Source: a virus. Taken from it: a DNA stretch of 64,000 nucleotides. Position numbers and translations under genes: made by a program. The stretch spans positions 96,001-160,000 of the IMG/VR virus record IMGVR_UViG_3300020048_000015, one strand, 5' to 3'. Shown here piece by piece: positions 30,032-40,221 of the stretch. How positions within the stretch are numbered: the stretch's first letter is position 1; each line of letters opens with the position of its first letter. The notes below the pieces were generated by a model, which was given only the letters and a program-made list of their open reading frames with translations, was not told where the DNA came from and ran no database searches.

Positions 30032-31738
30032 TTATATGTAAGTATATCCTTCTATTTTTTCAGGTATTTTCATTATCTTAAGTTCCATCAAAGCATCACC
30101 TAAAAGATTCTTAACTATTTTACAATCATCTCTTAAAAAATTATATTTTTTCTGATATTTTAAATAATTATTAACATTTTTAAAAAGTTTATATACATTA
30201 TATATAGGATTTCCCATACCATAAAAATCACAACCACCCTTCATACGATTTACTATATTTGGGATACCATCTAAACTGGTTAATTGATTATTATTACAAC
30301 CAAACCTACCACTAACTGTTTTAGGACAACCTTCCAAACTTATTAATTTATTATCTGAACAATCAAAAAAACCAGAAAGTGTATTAGGACAACCTTCTAA
30401 AGAAGTTATTTCATTGAAAGAACAAACAAAATAACCACCTACTGTATTAGGACAACCATCAAGTGTGGTTAATTTATTATAATTACAATTAAAACCACCA
30501 TTAACTGTATTAGGACAACCTTCTAATGAGGTTAATTGATTATTATTACAATCAAAATAACCACCAACTTCTTTAGGACTACCTTCTAAGCTATTTATAT
30601 AATTATAACTACAGTCAAAATCACCACCAACATAATTAGGACTACCTTCTAAACCGGTTAATTGATTAGATCCACATTTAAAATTCCCCGAAACCCTATT
30701 AAATTTCAATGGAATTTTAGTTAATCCTTTATAATAAAAATTAACATCACCATTAACATCAATAGATTCATCCGAATTTATAGTATAATTATTAATATTT
30801 AATAGTTTTAATATTTCTTCAACTGCTAAACTATCAAAATTGTAATATGATTCTTCGTTATCATTATAAACATTCTTATGAACATCGTATTTTAAACTTT
30901 TTAAATCTTTATTAAAATGTTGATCTAATATATTCTGAACAGTTTTCTTAAATTCAGGTCTTTTAGTTCCATACATATTTTTACTTGGTAATAATATAAC
31001 ATCTTTATTTTCACCAACAAATGGTTTAATATTTAAAACTGCCAATGGCGATTCAATATTTCTATCAGTTAATTTCACTAAATAAGATATTAATGATCCT
31101 TCTTTTACTTCTTCTATAAGATATTTAATATTTACACCATCTTCTTTATAATCATTTATTTTATCTTTTAAATCTTTAATTTTATTTTGATCATCAGAAA
31201 ATTTAATTTTTTCCAATTCATCCATTAGCTTAGTTAATCTATTGGATTTATCAGTTCCAATGGTCATACAATTAGTCCAATCTCTATCTGTATCAGAACC
31301 AGCAATATCATATGGATGTCTTGAAATAACTACTAATAATTCATCTTTATCAGTTGACACCAATGTCTTTCTTTTTTCATCAGAAACAAATTGTTTAGAC
31401 AATTCTTCATTTTTAAATTTGTTTAATAATTTACCAATTGTAGATGTATTTTTAGCACTTCTAAATTTAGCTACACCTTTTACATAATCTACAATTTCAC
31501 AGTCATTTTCAGCCAAAAATTTATCTATTAATTCATGGGTTGTTGAAATATATCCAGTGACTTCTTCTTTAATCAACGGAATATATATTCTATAATAGTT
31601 TCTATCATTGCTGTATAAATCACCTAATTCTTTAAAAATATCAGCATATCTTTCCTTATCAAAAGCATCTACATATTTCCTAAATTGGGATGGCTTTAAT
31701 GCTTCATTAAAACCAATATAACTTTTTATATATTTCAT
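30032..31738 (-). CDS. Leader-bearing (MKYIKSYIGFNE) protein with C-terminal 7 x 21-aa LRR
   Basis: VGGxFxCxxNxLTSLEGCP repeats; C-cap ending GYTYI shared with two paralogs. Confidence 0.8.
   Translation of the reverse strand: MKYIKSYIGFNEALKPSQFRKYVDAFDKERYADIFKELGDLYSNDRNYYRIYIPLIKEEVTGYISTTHELIDKFLAENDCEIVDYVKGVAKFRSAKNTSTIGKLLNKFKNEELSKQFVSDEKRKTLVSTDKDELLVVISRHPYDIAGSDTDRDWTNCMTIGTDKSNRLTKLMDELEKIKFSDDQNKIKDLKDKINDYKEDGVNIKYLIEEVKEGSLISYLVKLTDRNIESPLAVLNIKPFVGENKDVILLPSKNMYGTKRPEFKKTVQNILDQHFNKDLKSLKYDVHKNVYNDNEESYYNFDSLAVEEILKLLNINNYTINSDESIDVNGDVNFYYKGLTKIPLKFNRVSGNFKCGSNQLTGLEGSPNYVGGDFDCSYNYINSLEGSPKEVGGYFDCNNNQLTSLEGCPNTVNGGFNCNYNKLTTLDGCPNTVGGYFVCSFNEITSLEGCPNTLSGFFDCSDNKLISLEGCPKTVSGRFGCNNNQLTSLDGIPNIVNRMKGGCDFYGMGNPIYNVYKLFKNVNNYLKYQKKYNFLRDDCKIVKNLLGDALMELKIMKIPEKIEGYTYI
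30260..30700 (-). repeat. Seven 63-bp LRR-coding repeats
   Basis: 441 bp = 7 x 63; recurring ggacaacc(t/a)tc and ccaccaac words. Confidence 0.8.
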
Positions 31739-31830
31739 AATTCAATTTTTTGTTTAAAATCACTTATTCTATATATTAATTTAAAAATCATAATATTGAT
31801 ATTTTTTTGTCCAAATTTAATTTAAGTTTT

Positions 31831-34068
31831 TTAAACACCTCCTGGTTTATCCATACCCAATGAATAATTGGGCAAAACCAGACGTTGATTTGCGTTATCT
31901 GCAAAGATTAAATATTTAGCATCATCTCTTATTATTGCTTGATTCAATATTTTATTGTGTTGATTTTCTGGAACAACATCATTAAATAATCTAATATTAG
32001 TTATTTTAAAATCCCCACTTAATATTTTAGCATTTATATTTTCTAATTCAAACTCAATTGGTGTTAAATCTAAACTATTATAATATACTTTTTTCAATAT
32101 AGTTGAATTTAAACTTGATGCTTCACTTTCATCATCTACATTTCTTTTATAAATATATTGCTCTATTTTTCTTTGTCTTTGGTTTATATTAACTAAATAA
32201 GCATACCATACTTCTTCTTCTAATGCAGAAGATAATGTTAAACCATAAGCGGTATCTGACCAATCCAATATTACTAAATTATTATTTATATTAATATCTA
32301 AACCTAAATTATTTACAGAATCATAATAATTGAATAAATTATAAGTATCATTTATTGTATAATTATTTATATTAAACCAACACATATATGATATATTATC
32401 ACCCTTTTCAAAATTATTTTTCATATTTTTATATACAACACCATCTAATGAATAAGTTAAACCAAAGTCAACTGATGACATATCATAATGTGTAGTAGAT
32501 ATTATAACTTCTGCATTTTCAATTAATTCTTTAACTATTCTTACTGTTATTTCAGTTCTTATTGGATCAATTGTTAATGGTTTATGTTGATCTTTATTCG
32601 CAACAGCTTGTTTATCCTGAATATTTTCTAATCCAAATAATTCATCAATAGTAGAGTTTCTTGTAAGATCCCTAAGCTTATCAGTGATTGTCTGATTAAC
32701 ACCAATAACATTTGCTTTTTGATTGTATTTTTTCAACATAAGTTTATAATATATTGCGTTATTATTAAATCCCCTAAATGCTTGGGAATGTTCAACAGTA
32801 AACATCTTATTTATTTCACAAAACCATAAGAAATCTTCTTTTGATGGTCTTTTATCTACACCAAATGCATTTTTAAATATTTGTTTTGGTATATGTATTT
32901 CAAATGAATCAAATAATGATAAATCAAATTGGTTTATTGCACCATTGTTTTCAGGAAACTGATTGTTTTCAACAGAAGCCTTTATTAAACAATTAGAAAC
33001 ATAATTATATAATTGATATTCATGAAATGTATAATCTATTCCTTTTTTATCTGGATCCGTTAAGAAATATACTATCTCATGCCCAAACATTTGATTAGCA
33101 TCATTACTCATTTTATCCAATAGTGCAGTTGCAGCATCCAAACTATATGGTTTAAATAATCCATCAATCTGTTCCTGTGATAATATTGGTAAAGTAGAAG
33201 TATTATCAGGAATAGTTTCAATTTCTGTATTATCACCAGGATATTCGCCAGGAAATGTTGATGGATCATTAACTATACCTAATTTCAAACAATTACAATC
33301 AGCCCTAACACCATATAAATTAGTCTTAAAATAATCTAATGATACATTCTGAAAGTCACCAATTAAATTTATATCATAAATTTTTGCTTGTGTAGATTTC
33401 AATTCAACTAAATATTCTATTTGGAAAAATCTTATTGGACTTATTCTAACACTTATAATATTTTCTTTTGTGAAATATTCCCAATCTGTTACAGTTCTAC
33501 CATAATCCTGTGAATAACGATATTTTATATCAAAATCCATACTCATTGTTCCACTTGATAAAACTTCAATATCTCTTATTTTAAATACCTTATATATATA
33601 AGGTGGTTTTATAATAACAGTATCTTGTGTTTGGTTTAAAGGAACTACTGATTCACCACTATAAATTATTCTTTCTAATGCAGCAGTTATAGTGAATTCC
33701 AATAGTTTAATAGTTCCTATTTCCGATGAACCACCTCTTACAAATTTTATATCCAAAAACATTGGAAATCTTGAACTATATGGTGGGAAATTATCTATAT
33801 TTGGTGAGTTTAATTCAAACCAATTTGTCCAACTATTACTATCTCTACTTATCCTATAATAAGTTTCAAGATATCTATTTTCGGTTTTGCCTATATAATC
33901 ATAATTGAAAGTTTTTAAAGCTTCAACTAAATCTAAATTAGTATACGAAAAGATTATTTCAGCATCCTGTCCTAAAAAAATCGGTGCTGCATTTGAACCC
34001 GTTGCTGTTACAGACCAAGATTCATTAATTGTTAATATACCTGTTGTTATGTCACTAGTTACACTCAT
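31831..34068 (-). CDS. gp14-like neck protein with N-terminal extension and C-terminal LamG/ConA-like domain
   Basis: DANQMFGHEIVYF, NQFDL, RPSKEDFLWF, MFTVEH and YYKLMLKKY follow the gp14 pattern; SYMCWFN, WYAYLVN and ITNIRLF are LamG-like. Confidence 0.6.
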   Translation of the reverse strand: MSVTSDITTGILTINESWSVTATGSNAAPIFLGQDAEIIFSYTNLDLVEALKTFNYDYIGKTENRYLETYYRISRDSNSWTNWFELNSPNIDNFPPYSSRFPMFLDIKFVRGGSSEIGTIKLLEFTITAALERIIYSGESVVPLNQTQDTVIIKPPYIYKVFKIRDIEVLSSGTMSMDFDIKYRYSQDYGRTVTDWEYFTKENIISVRISPIRFFQIEYLVELKSTQAKIYDINLIGDFQNVSLDYFKTNLYGVRADCNCLKLGIVNDPSTFPGEYPGDNTEIETIPDNTSTLPILSQEQIDGLFKPYSLDAATALLDKMSNDANQMFGHEIVYFLTDPDKKGIDYTFHEYQLYNYVSNCLIKASVENNQFPENNGAINQFDLSLFDSFEIHIPKQIFKNAFGVDKRPSKEDFLWFCEINKMFTVEHSQAFRGFNNNAIYYKLMLKKYNQKANVIGVNQTITDKLRDLTRNSTIDELFGLENIQDKQAVANKDQHKPLTIDPIRTEITVRIVKELIENAEVIISTTHYDMSSVDFGLTYSLDGVVYKNMKNNFEKGDNISYMCWFNINNYTINDTYNLFNYYDSVNNLGLDININNNLVILDWSDTAYGLTLSSALEEEVWYAYLVNINQRQRKIEQYIYKRNVDDESEASSLNSTILKKVYYNSLDLTPIEFELENINAKILSGDFKITNIRLFNDVVPENQHNKILNQAIIRDDAKYLIFADNANQRLVLPNYSLGMDKPGGV

Positions 34069-34102
34069 ATATAATATATATTAAAACTTTTATATGTATT
34101 TA

Positions 34103-34134
34103 TTTGTTTATACCAATATTATTTATTATCTTTG
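34103..34134 (+). promoter_or_regulatory. Bacteroidota-type sigma70 promoter (-33 TTTG, N20, -7 TATCTTTG)
   Basis: TTTG at 34103-34106, TATCTTTG at 34127-34134, ATG at 34152. Confidence 0.6.
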
Positions 34135-34151
34135 TACCAAATCATAAAAAT

Positions 34152-35315
34152 ATGGACATTAAAGAAACATTTATAGCTCTTACTACAAGAACTTATCCAC
34201 ACGGAACTGAATCAGAACTATATCATCTATTACCAAGTAATCTAGATACTGATGAATTTGGTAATCTATATATTGAAATTGGTTCATCACCATCTACTAT
34301 GTTTACATCCCACTTAGATACAGCTACAAAAGCATTATGTCAAGTAAATCATCTTATTAAAGATGGTATAATTAAAACTGATGGATTATCTATATTAGGG
34401 GCAGACGATAAAGCAGGTGTAACTATTATGCTTTATATGATAGAACATAATATACCGGGTTTATACTACTTTTTCTTAGGTGAAGAAGTTGGTTGTATAG
34501 GATCAACAAAATTAGCAGACAAACATAAAACAGAACCATTACCTAATATTAAAAAAGTAATTTCTTTTGATAGAAGAGATTACGATTCAGTTATTACTTT
34601 CCAATCATCAAAAAGATGTTGTTCAGATACTTTTGGAAAGGCTTTAGCAAATGAGTTAAATAAAAATGAATCATTATTCAAATATGATTTAGATCCAACT
34701 GGAATATATACAGACTCTGCTAAATTCGTTACCATATATCAAGAATGTACTAATATATCTGTTGGATATAAAAACGAACACACTTTTAAAGAACAACAAG
34801 ATATAAATCACCTAATATTACTTGCAAATGCCGTTATCAAAATAGATTGGGAACAATTACCAATTGAAAGAGATCAAAAGGTTGTAGAATATTCTAAAGT
34901 TGATAGCTATTGTTATGGTGGTTGGGATTGGGAATATCCAGTATATGATAAACCAAAAGTAACTAAATCAAAGAAAGATTGGTTTGTTGATAAAAAATAT
35001 GACTATCTTTCTAATGTTTCTTTTGATAAAAATGGAATTTTAGTAGCTGTTGATTTACACGCAAATAGAATATCAGAAGAATCTGAAATATTATCACAAT
35101 TTATAATGTCAATTGATTTAGAATATAAATCATTAGAATGGGATGGTTTTACTTTAGTAGTTGAATATCCTGTTGAATCCGGTGGTCATATGTCATCTTG
35201 TGATAGAAATGAGTTATCTGAATATCTACCTGAATTAAATTTTTGGGAAAAATATCTAAAAGATGATTCTATAACAGATGATGATTTATTCTTAGATTTT
35301 GAATTTTTAGATTAA
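34152..35315 (+). CDS. M28/M20-family Zn peptidase-like protein
   Basis: TSHLDT, LGADDKAG, GEEVGCIGS, SFDRR, YTDSA and NISVGYKNEH. Confidence 0.8.
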   Translation: MDIKETFIALTTRTYPHGTESELYHLLPSNLDTDEFGNLYIEIGSSPSTMFTSHLDTATKALCQVNHLIKDGIIKTDGLSILGADDKAGVTIMLYMIEHNIPGLYYFFLGEEVGCIGSTKLADKHKTEPLPNIKKVISFDRRDYDSVITFQSSKRCCSDTFGKALANELNKNESLFKYDLDPTGIYTDSAKFVTIYQECTNISVGYKNEHTFKEQQDINHLILLANAVIKIDWEQLPIERDQKVVEYSKVDSYCYGGWDWEYPVYDKPKVTKSKKDWFVDKKYDYLSNVSFDKNGILVAVDLHANRISEESEILSQFIMSIDLEYKSLEWDGFTLVVEYPVESGGHMSSCDRNELSEYLPELNFWEKYLKDDSITDDDLFLDFEFLD

Positions 35316-35348
35316 TTAAAAAAGCCTATCAATTTGATAGGCTTTTTT
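35314..35348. terminator. Bidirectional terminator, near-identical to 43214-43253
   Basis: aattaaaaaagcctatcaatttgataggctttttt. Confidence 0.8.
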
Positions 35349-35416
35349 TATTTTTCAACTTCATCATATTCCCATTTATACCATATCACATCAGTAGTTC
35401 AACTTAATCAAATAAA

Positions 35417-35686
35417 CTAGATTGAATCTATTAGTTTAGCTAATCTTCTGTCCATATTCGTCACCGCTTTTTCTGAATGAGTAAACAATTTCATTCTTAA
35501 CTTAAAAGCTTCGTATATCTCTGCGTCAGGATGATGATTGTTATCGTCTGCTATTTTAGCCACCTTTAATAGGAACTCAGCAAGTTCAGTCTGAGTACTA
35601 AAAATAATTTCTTTGGTCAAACCATCCACTGATTCGTTCCATTTTGATTCGTCTGATATGAATCCTTTAAAAGTTCTTATATTCAT
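35417..35686 (-). CDS. phhB: Pterin-4-alpha-carbinolamine dehydratase
   Basis: KVAKIADDNNHHPD, LFTHS and VTNMDRRLAKLID; TAATATATA at 35692-35700; ATG at 35686. Confidence 0.85.
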   Translation of the reverse strand: MNIRTFKGFISDESKWNESVDGLTKEIIFSTQTELAEFLLKVAKIADDNNHHPDAEIYEAFKLRMKLFTHSEKAVTNMDRRLAKLIDSI

Positions 35687-35729
35687 AAGAGTATATATTA
35701 AAGTTTTCAAATAGTTTTATGTATTTCAT
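35667..35729 (-). pseudogene. Orphan leader micro-ORF MKYIKLFENFNIYSYEYKNF*
   Basis: Translated by hand; perfect leader, out of frame with phhB, which it overlaps. Confidence 0.6.
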
Positions 35730-35750
35730 TTATTTTAATATATATTTTAT

Positions 35751-35969
35751 ATGAAACTATATCCTAAAAAATCTGTCTTATTAAGAGATTGTTTTAAAAT
35801 TGCATCAATCATTAAAAAGATTGATAAAGAAGATAAATGGCTTGTAAGTTATTATGATGATAAAAATAAATTCTCATATAAGTTAATAACTGAAGAAGAT
35901 ATAATTGAAGAAGAAGAATATTTAATTATAAAAAATCGTATTAATAAAATCAATAAACTGCTTGATTAA
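35751..35969 (+). CDS. Small hypothetical protein ending KNRINKINKLLD
   Basis: 72-aa ORF; TAATATATA just upstream. Confidence 0.6.
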   Translation: MKLYPKKSVLLRDCFKIASIIKKIDKEDKWLVSYYDDKNKFSYKLITEEDIIEEEEYLIIKNRINKINKLLD

Positions 35970-36062
35970 TCTATTTCATATATAAGCCAGTTAGATTTTA
36001 CATGTTTCATTTAATTTTAATTTTTTTATATTAATATTACTAAATAATTTTATGTATTTCAT
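35966..36062 (-). pseudogene. Two degenerate leader micro-ORFs: MKYIKLFSNINIKKLKLNETCKI* (36062-35991) and MKHVKSNWLIYEID* (36010-35966)
   Basis: Translated by hand; first 21 nt of the 36062 ORF match the MKYIKLF leader DNA. Confidence 0.45.
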
Positions 36063-36117
36063 TTAGTAATATTATATTATTTATATATATCATGATGTTG
36101 CACAAAAAAATCAATAT

Positions 36118-36570
36118 ATGAAAAAACGACTATATTTATTCGAATTCCATAGAAGCTTATTGGATGTATCAATTGATTATACTAATTTATCAGATGTTGA
36201 TAAAGAAAAATTAATAAATTTTGATATTTATACTTCATTTGACTATGATGATAAAATACATGGTTATAATAACTATATATTAAGTTCTAAATCCGAAATA
36301 GAAAAATTCAAAGAGTTACTATACAATAATGCAATACCATATATATGTAAAGATATAAGTGATCACATAATAAGAAATAGATATGACTTGGCTGAAAAAA
36401 TGAAAAAATATGTCAATAAAAGTAATAAAATGATATATAATTCATTTTTTAAAAAAATAAATGAATGGATTGGGAACAATTTAGACTTAGATATTGTTTT
36501 AGATATTATAAACGAAAAAGGAATAAAACATTTAAGACAAATTGATATAGACTATTTGAAAAAAATATAA
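36118..36570 (+). CDS. Hypothetical protein with C-terminal DUF6576-like helix motif
   Basis: LDIVLDIINEKGIKHLRQIDIDYLK. Confidence 0.6.
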   Translation: MKKRLYLFEFHRSLLDVSIDYTNLSDVDKEKLINFDIYTSFDYDDKIHGYNNYILSSKSEIEKFKELLYNNAIPYICKDISDHIIRNRYDLAEKMKKYVNKSNKMIYNSFFKKINEWIGNNLDLDIVLDIINEKGIKHLRQIDIDYLKKI

Positions 36571-36575
36571 ATAAA

Positions 36576-36899
36576 ATGAATAGAATAAATAAATTTAATG
36601 ATAAAACTACTTTTGGTGATTTATTTAACAATCTACCTATAAAAAAACTATGGGTTATAAAATCACCAGAAATTTGGTCAGATTGGTCTAAAACTGGAGT
36701 AATTGAATGTACAAAAAATATAACTACATCAGGTAAAACTGGAATTCAGATTCCTGATATAGAACCATACATAGATGGATTTTTTGATGTTGATGACTAT
36801 CATTCCCATATGATTCAAGATAACATTGATGGGTTTTATTTATTTTCTGACCAATTCGCAGCATATAATTTCTTTGAATACTTAAAAGAAGAATATTAA
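36576..36899 (+). CDS. Hypothetical protein
   Basis: 107-aa ORF tiling in an operon. Confidence 0.6.
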   Translation: MNRINKFNDKTTFGDLFNNLPIKKLWVIKSPEIWSDWSKTGVIECTKNITTSGKTGIQIPDIEPYIDGFFDVDDYHSHMIQDNIDGFYLFSDQFAAYNFFEYLKEEY

Positions 36900-37306
36900 T
36901 GAAAAAAATAAATGTATTTTTAGATGATGAAAGAAATCCAACATTTATTAAAGATAAATTACAGAACTTTTTCCCAATTGATTGGGTTGTAATAACAAAC
37001 TACTTTGACTTTGTTAAATTTGTTGATTCTAATATAAATAAAATAAAATTAGTATCATTTGATCATGACATTTCTTCATTTGATGAAACCGGAAAAGAAT
37101 GGACAGGAAAAGATGCTGCTGATTATCTTATCAATAAATGTTTGGATGGACAAATTTCATTTCCTGACTTTTTTGTTCATACAGCAAATGTTTCAGGAAG
37201 ACCTAATATAATCAGTTCAATTTTGAACTATCTAAAACATATTGAAAATAACAAATTAGATTTTAAATACTATAATAGCGGGTTTATAAACGGACAAATA
37301 ATATGA
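36899..37306 (+). CDS. Cyclic-phosphate-processing receiver-like domain protein
   Basis: FLDDERNP, VSFDHDI, TGKDAADYL and VHTANVSGRPNI. Confidence 0.7.
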   Translation: MKKINVFLDDERNPTFIKDKLQNFFPIDWVVITNYFDFVKFVDSNINKIKLVSFDHDISSFDETGKEWTGKDAADYLINKCLDGQISFPDFFVHTANVSGRPNIISSILNYLKHIENNKLDFKYYNSGFINGQII

Positions 37307-38016
37307 AGAATGATTTTAACTATTGCATTGAAATAGATTATAATTATAAGTATGGATGTAATTATTATGATAATGAAGAAACTAACTTTTGTGATGATGA
37401 TATTTGCAGATGTGGTAGAATTGTAAATACTGAAATAGTTTCAATTGACATAAACAACCTTGTAAATAACATAAAGCAAAATTATAAGTCAACAACAAAA
37501 GATGGAATTCGTGAAGAAAAGATAAAATCTATCTTAATCGGATTTGAAATGACTGATTATATTATCAATCGTATATTAACTATTAATAAAGCTTGGGACA
37601 AAGAACTTTATACAATAGAAATATTTGGTGGATATTATGGAGAAGAAATTGATTCTGTCCAAATGGATTGCGGTGTATTTAATAAAATAATAAATAATAT
37701 TGAACATGCTTTATCATTGTCATCTATAAAAGATATACAATTGTATCTTTTAGAATTAGAATATGACGATATTCTTGAAAAATTGCTTGATAAAGAATTT
37801 GAAGTTGAATATGTAAATAAAAAAGATATAATATTCCCAGCTGAAAACCACAAAAACAATGTAGATAAAAAAGACTTATCACATTATTCAGATGATAAAT
37901 ACAACACTATAAGAGGATTAGTATTAAAATGTGGCGACAAATGGAAGGTAATTGATGGTTATCATAGATTATCAGAAACTAAATTAGATGAAGTTTTAGT
38001 AATAACAGCAAAATAA
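37303..38016 (+). CDS. Hypothetical protein with Cys-rich N-terminus and ParB-like C-terminus
   Basis: CDDDICRC; KVIDGYHRL. Confidence 0.55.
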   Translation: MKNDFNYCIEIDYNYKYGCNYYDNEETNFCDDDICRCGRIVNTEIVSIDINNLVNNIKQNYKSTTKDGIREEKIKSILIGFEMTDYIINRILTINKAWDKELYTIEIFGGYYGEEIDSVQMDCGVFNKIINNIEHALSLSSIKDIQLYLLELEYDDILEKLLDKEFEVEYVNKKDIIFPAENHKNNVDKKDLSHYSDDKYNTIRGLVLKCGDKWKVIDGYHRLSETKLDEVLVITAK

Positions 38017-38026
38017 ATCATTAAAA

Positions 38027-38560
38027 ATGACTACACAAGAAATAAAGAAATATCTAAGCGAATTAGAAACACCTTTTGTATTGGTGTTAATTGGACCACC
38101 ATTATCAGGAAAAGACACATTTCTGAGAAATCTTAATCTTGATTTATCAATGATATCAAGAGATCAAATTGTTATGGATGTATATGGTTCTGATGATTAT
38201 GATATGGCATTTAAAAATGTTGATCAAAAAAATGTTGATAAGGAACTTTCTAACAAATTTAGAAGTTATTCTAAAAACAAAGAAAATGTAGTTGTTAATA
38301 TGACTAATATGACAACTAAAAGAAGAAAACAAAATCTAAGTTATTTTGATTCTGATTATACTAAAATAGCTATTATATTTCCTATATTGGATTGGGAAGA
38401 ATATAAATCCAGAAATATAAAAAGAAAATCAGAAGAAAACAAAACAATTCCTGAACATGTAATAAAATCAATGATAGCTTCATATCAACCAATTGATAAA
38501 TCAGAAGGATTTAATAAAATTATAAAATTAGATGATAACAATAATAGCAGCAATATCTAA
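38027..38560 (+). CDS. AAA_33 / PNK-like P-loop kinase
   Basis: IGPPLSGKDT, ISRDQI, NMTNMTTKRRK and IPEHVIKSM. Confidence 0.8.
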   Translation: MTTQEIKKYLSELETPFVLVLIGPPLSGKDTFLRNLNLDLSMISRDQIVMDVYGSDDYDMAFKNVDQKNVDKELSNKFRSYSKNKENVVVNMTNMTTKRRKQNLSYFDSDYTKIAIIFPILDWEEYKSRNIKRKSEENKTIPEHVIKSMIASYQPIDKSEGFNKIIKLDDNNNSSNI

Positions 38561-39002
38561 AAACAATGCCATTGGAAAAGATAATAAATTATTGTGGCAT
38601 ATATCAGAAGACTTAAAAAGATTTAAAAGATTAACATCAGGTAATCCAATCTTAATGGGTAGGAAAACATTTGAATCAATTGGAAAACCATTACCATATA
38701 GAACGAATATTATCTTAACAAAAGATAAGAACTATAAAGCAGATGGTTGTTTGGTCTATAATAAAGTAGAAGATGTCTTATCACTATATGAAAGAAATAA
38801 TCTATATATTATAGGTGGTGGTGAAATCTACAAGCAATTCATAAAGATAGCAGATAGATTAGAAATAACATTGGTTGAATCGGAATTTGATGGTGATACA
38901 TTTTTCCCAAAAATAGGTTCGGAATGGTTTATAGAAAAAGAAGAACTTGGTAAGACAAACGAATACAATTATAAATTTTTAACTTTTAAAAAGAAATCTT
39001 AA
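38532..39002 (+). CDS. folA: Dihydrofolate reductase
   Basis: IGKDNKLLWHISEDLKRFK, MGRKTFESI, LPYRTNIIL, IIGGGEIY and GDTFFP. Confidence 0.97.
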   Translation: MITIIAAISKNNAIGKDNKLLWHISEDLKRFKRLTSGNPILMGRKTFESIGKPLPYRTNIILTKDKNYKADGCLVYNKVEDVLSLYERNNLYIIGGGEIYKQFIKIADRLEITLVESEFDGDTFFPKIGSEWFIEKEELGKTNEYNYKFLTFKKKS

Positions 39003-39093
39003 AAATTTTAAACTTTTTTAAAACATTATCCGTTATACTTTATATAACATTCATAATTATAAAATTCATAAACAACAAAAATCTTAAAAAAAA

Positions 39094-39411
39094 ATGAACA
39101 AAGCAGATTTGATTAAAGAAGTTGCATTTGCAACAGGTATGACAAAGGTAAAAACTAACGAAGTAATTGATGCTATCGTTAATGCAATCCAAAATTCCCT
39201 TTCAAAAGGTGAAAAAGTAACCCTCATCGGATTCGGTTCTTGGGATGTAGCAACAAGAAAAGAAAGAAAAGGTCGTAATCCTAAAACTGGTGTTGAAATT
39301 ACCATTCCAGAAAAGAAAGTTGCTAGATTTAAATCAGGCACTAAGTTAGGAAGATTGGTAAATGGTGAAGAAGTTCTTGATGGTGAAAATGGCGTAGAAG
39401 AAGTTCTTTAG
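39094..39411 (+). CDS. hup: HU-like DNA-binding protein
   Basis: MNKADLI, GEKVTLIGFGSW, RKGRNPKTG, IPEKKVARFKSG. Confidence 0.95.
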   Translation: MNKADLIKEVAFATGMTKVKTNEVIDAIVNAIQNSLSKGEKVTLIGFGSWDVATRKERKGRNPKTGVEITIPEKKVARFKSGTKLGRLVNGEEVLDGENGVEEVL

Positions 39412-39412
39412 T

Positions 39413-39441
39413 AAAAAAGACCGAATAATATTCGGTCTTTT
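39413..39441 (+). terminator. Intrinsic terminator
   Basis: aaaagaccgaata / tattcggtctttt. Confidence 0.75.
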
Positions 39442-39471
39442 ATTTTTTAAATTAATATAAAATGTAAATAT

Positions 39472-39867
39472 ATGTCAAATTTATATTACGAACTTACAAC
39501 AGTAATTCCATTTTTTCTAACTAAATTATTATTTAGTATATTAACTGTATTTATAATGTCCATTAAAAATATGGGACATTTTAAATTGAATGTTATTATA
39601 TGTTCATCAATGACCATCCTAACCGCTTTATCATTTTATATAAATGATACTATACCAATAGTTGATCCAAGTATCATAATTGCAAGTGGTATTTTGTCAT
39701 TTAGTATGATAGGTTCTATTTTTTATCTAAAAAATAAAGTTAAAGTAGAAAACATTTATAATAGTATATTTTTAAGCTTAATAGGAATTTTCATCGGAAT
39801 GGGCTTTACAATTATTCCACTTTCAATAGCCTTGTTTTATCTATTAATTGATGAAAAAGTAAAGTAA
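39472..39867 (+). CDS. Four-TM membrane protein, weakly MgtC/SapB-like
   Basis: Hydrophobic throughout; DPSIIIASGI and IGIFIGMGF. Confidence 0.45.
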   Translation: MSNLYYELTTVIPFFLTKLLFSILTVFIMSIKNMGHFKLNVIICSSMTILTALSFYINDTIPIVDPSIIIASGILSFSMIGSIFYLKNKVKVENIYNSIFLSLIGIFIGMGFTIIPLSIALFYLLIDEKVK

Positions 39868-39869
39868 AA

Positions 39870-40124
39870 ATGGAAAATATAAAAATAAATGTGGAAGAAT
39901 TCATAACAGCAGTTAGATCATCTTTTGGTGGTTCTATAGCTGTTTATACTATGGGTAATTGTTATCAGTTCTATGAAATACTTAAAGTTGTATTTCCTAA
40001 TGCTGAAGCTTATTTTGATGGTAATCATGTATGGACTAAAATATGTGGTAATTATTATGACATTCGTGGTAAAGCAAACTTACCAATAGATAGAATATTG
40101 ACTCCAGTTATGATATTGATTTGA
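39870..40124 (+). CDS. Hypothetical protein
   Basis: 84 aa; GNCYQFY and YYDIRG. Confidence 0.6.
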   Translation: MENIKINVEEFITAVRSSFGGSIAVYTMGNCYQFYEILKVVFPNAEAYFDGNHVWTKICGNYYDIRGKANLPIDRILTPVMILI

Positions 40125-40221
40125 TAAGAAGCCTATCTGGAAATAAGGTTAGTGATTCTGATAGAATTATTATTATGAAAAAATATGTAGGAAAAAAAAG
40201 CAGAATAATAAAAAATAAAAT

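Noticed and set aside
39472-39867. Calling the membrane protein MgtC or a holin
   Set aside because: Only loose similarity to MgtC motifs and no adjacent lysis genes; left as low-confidence
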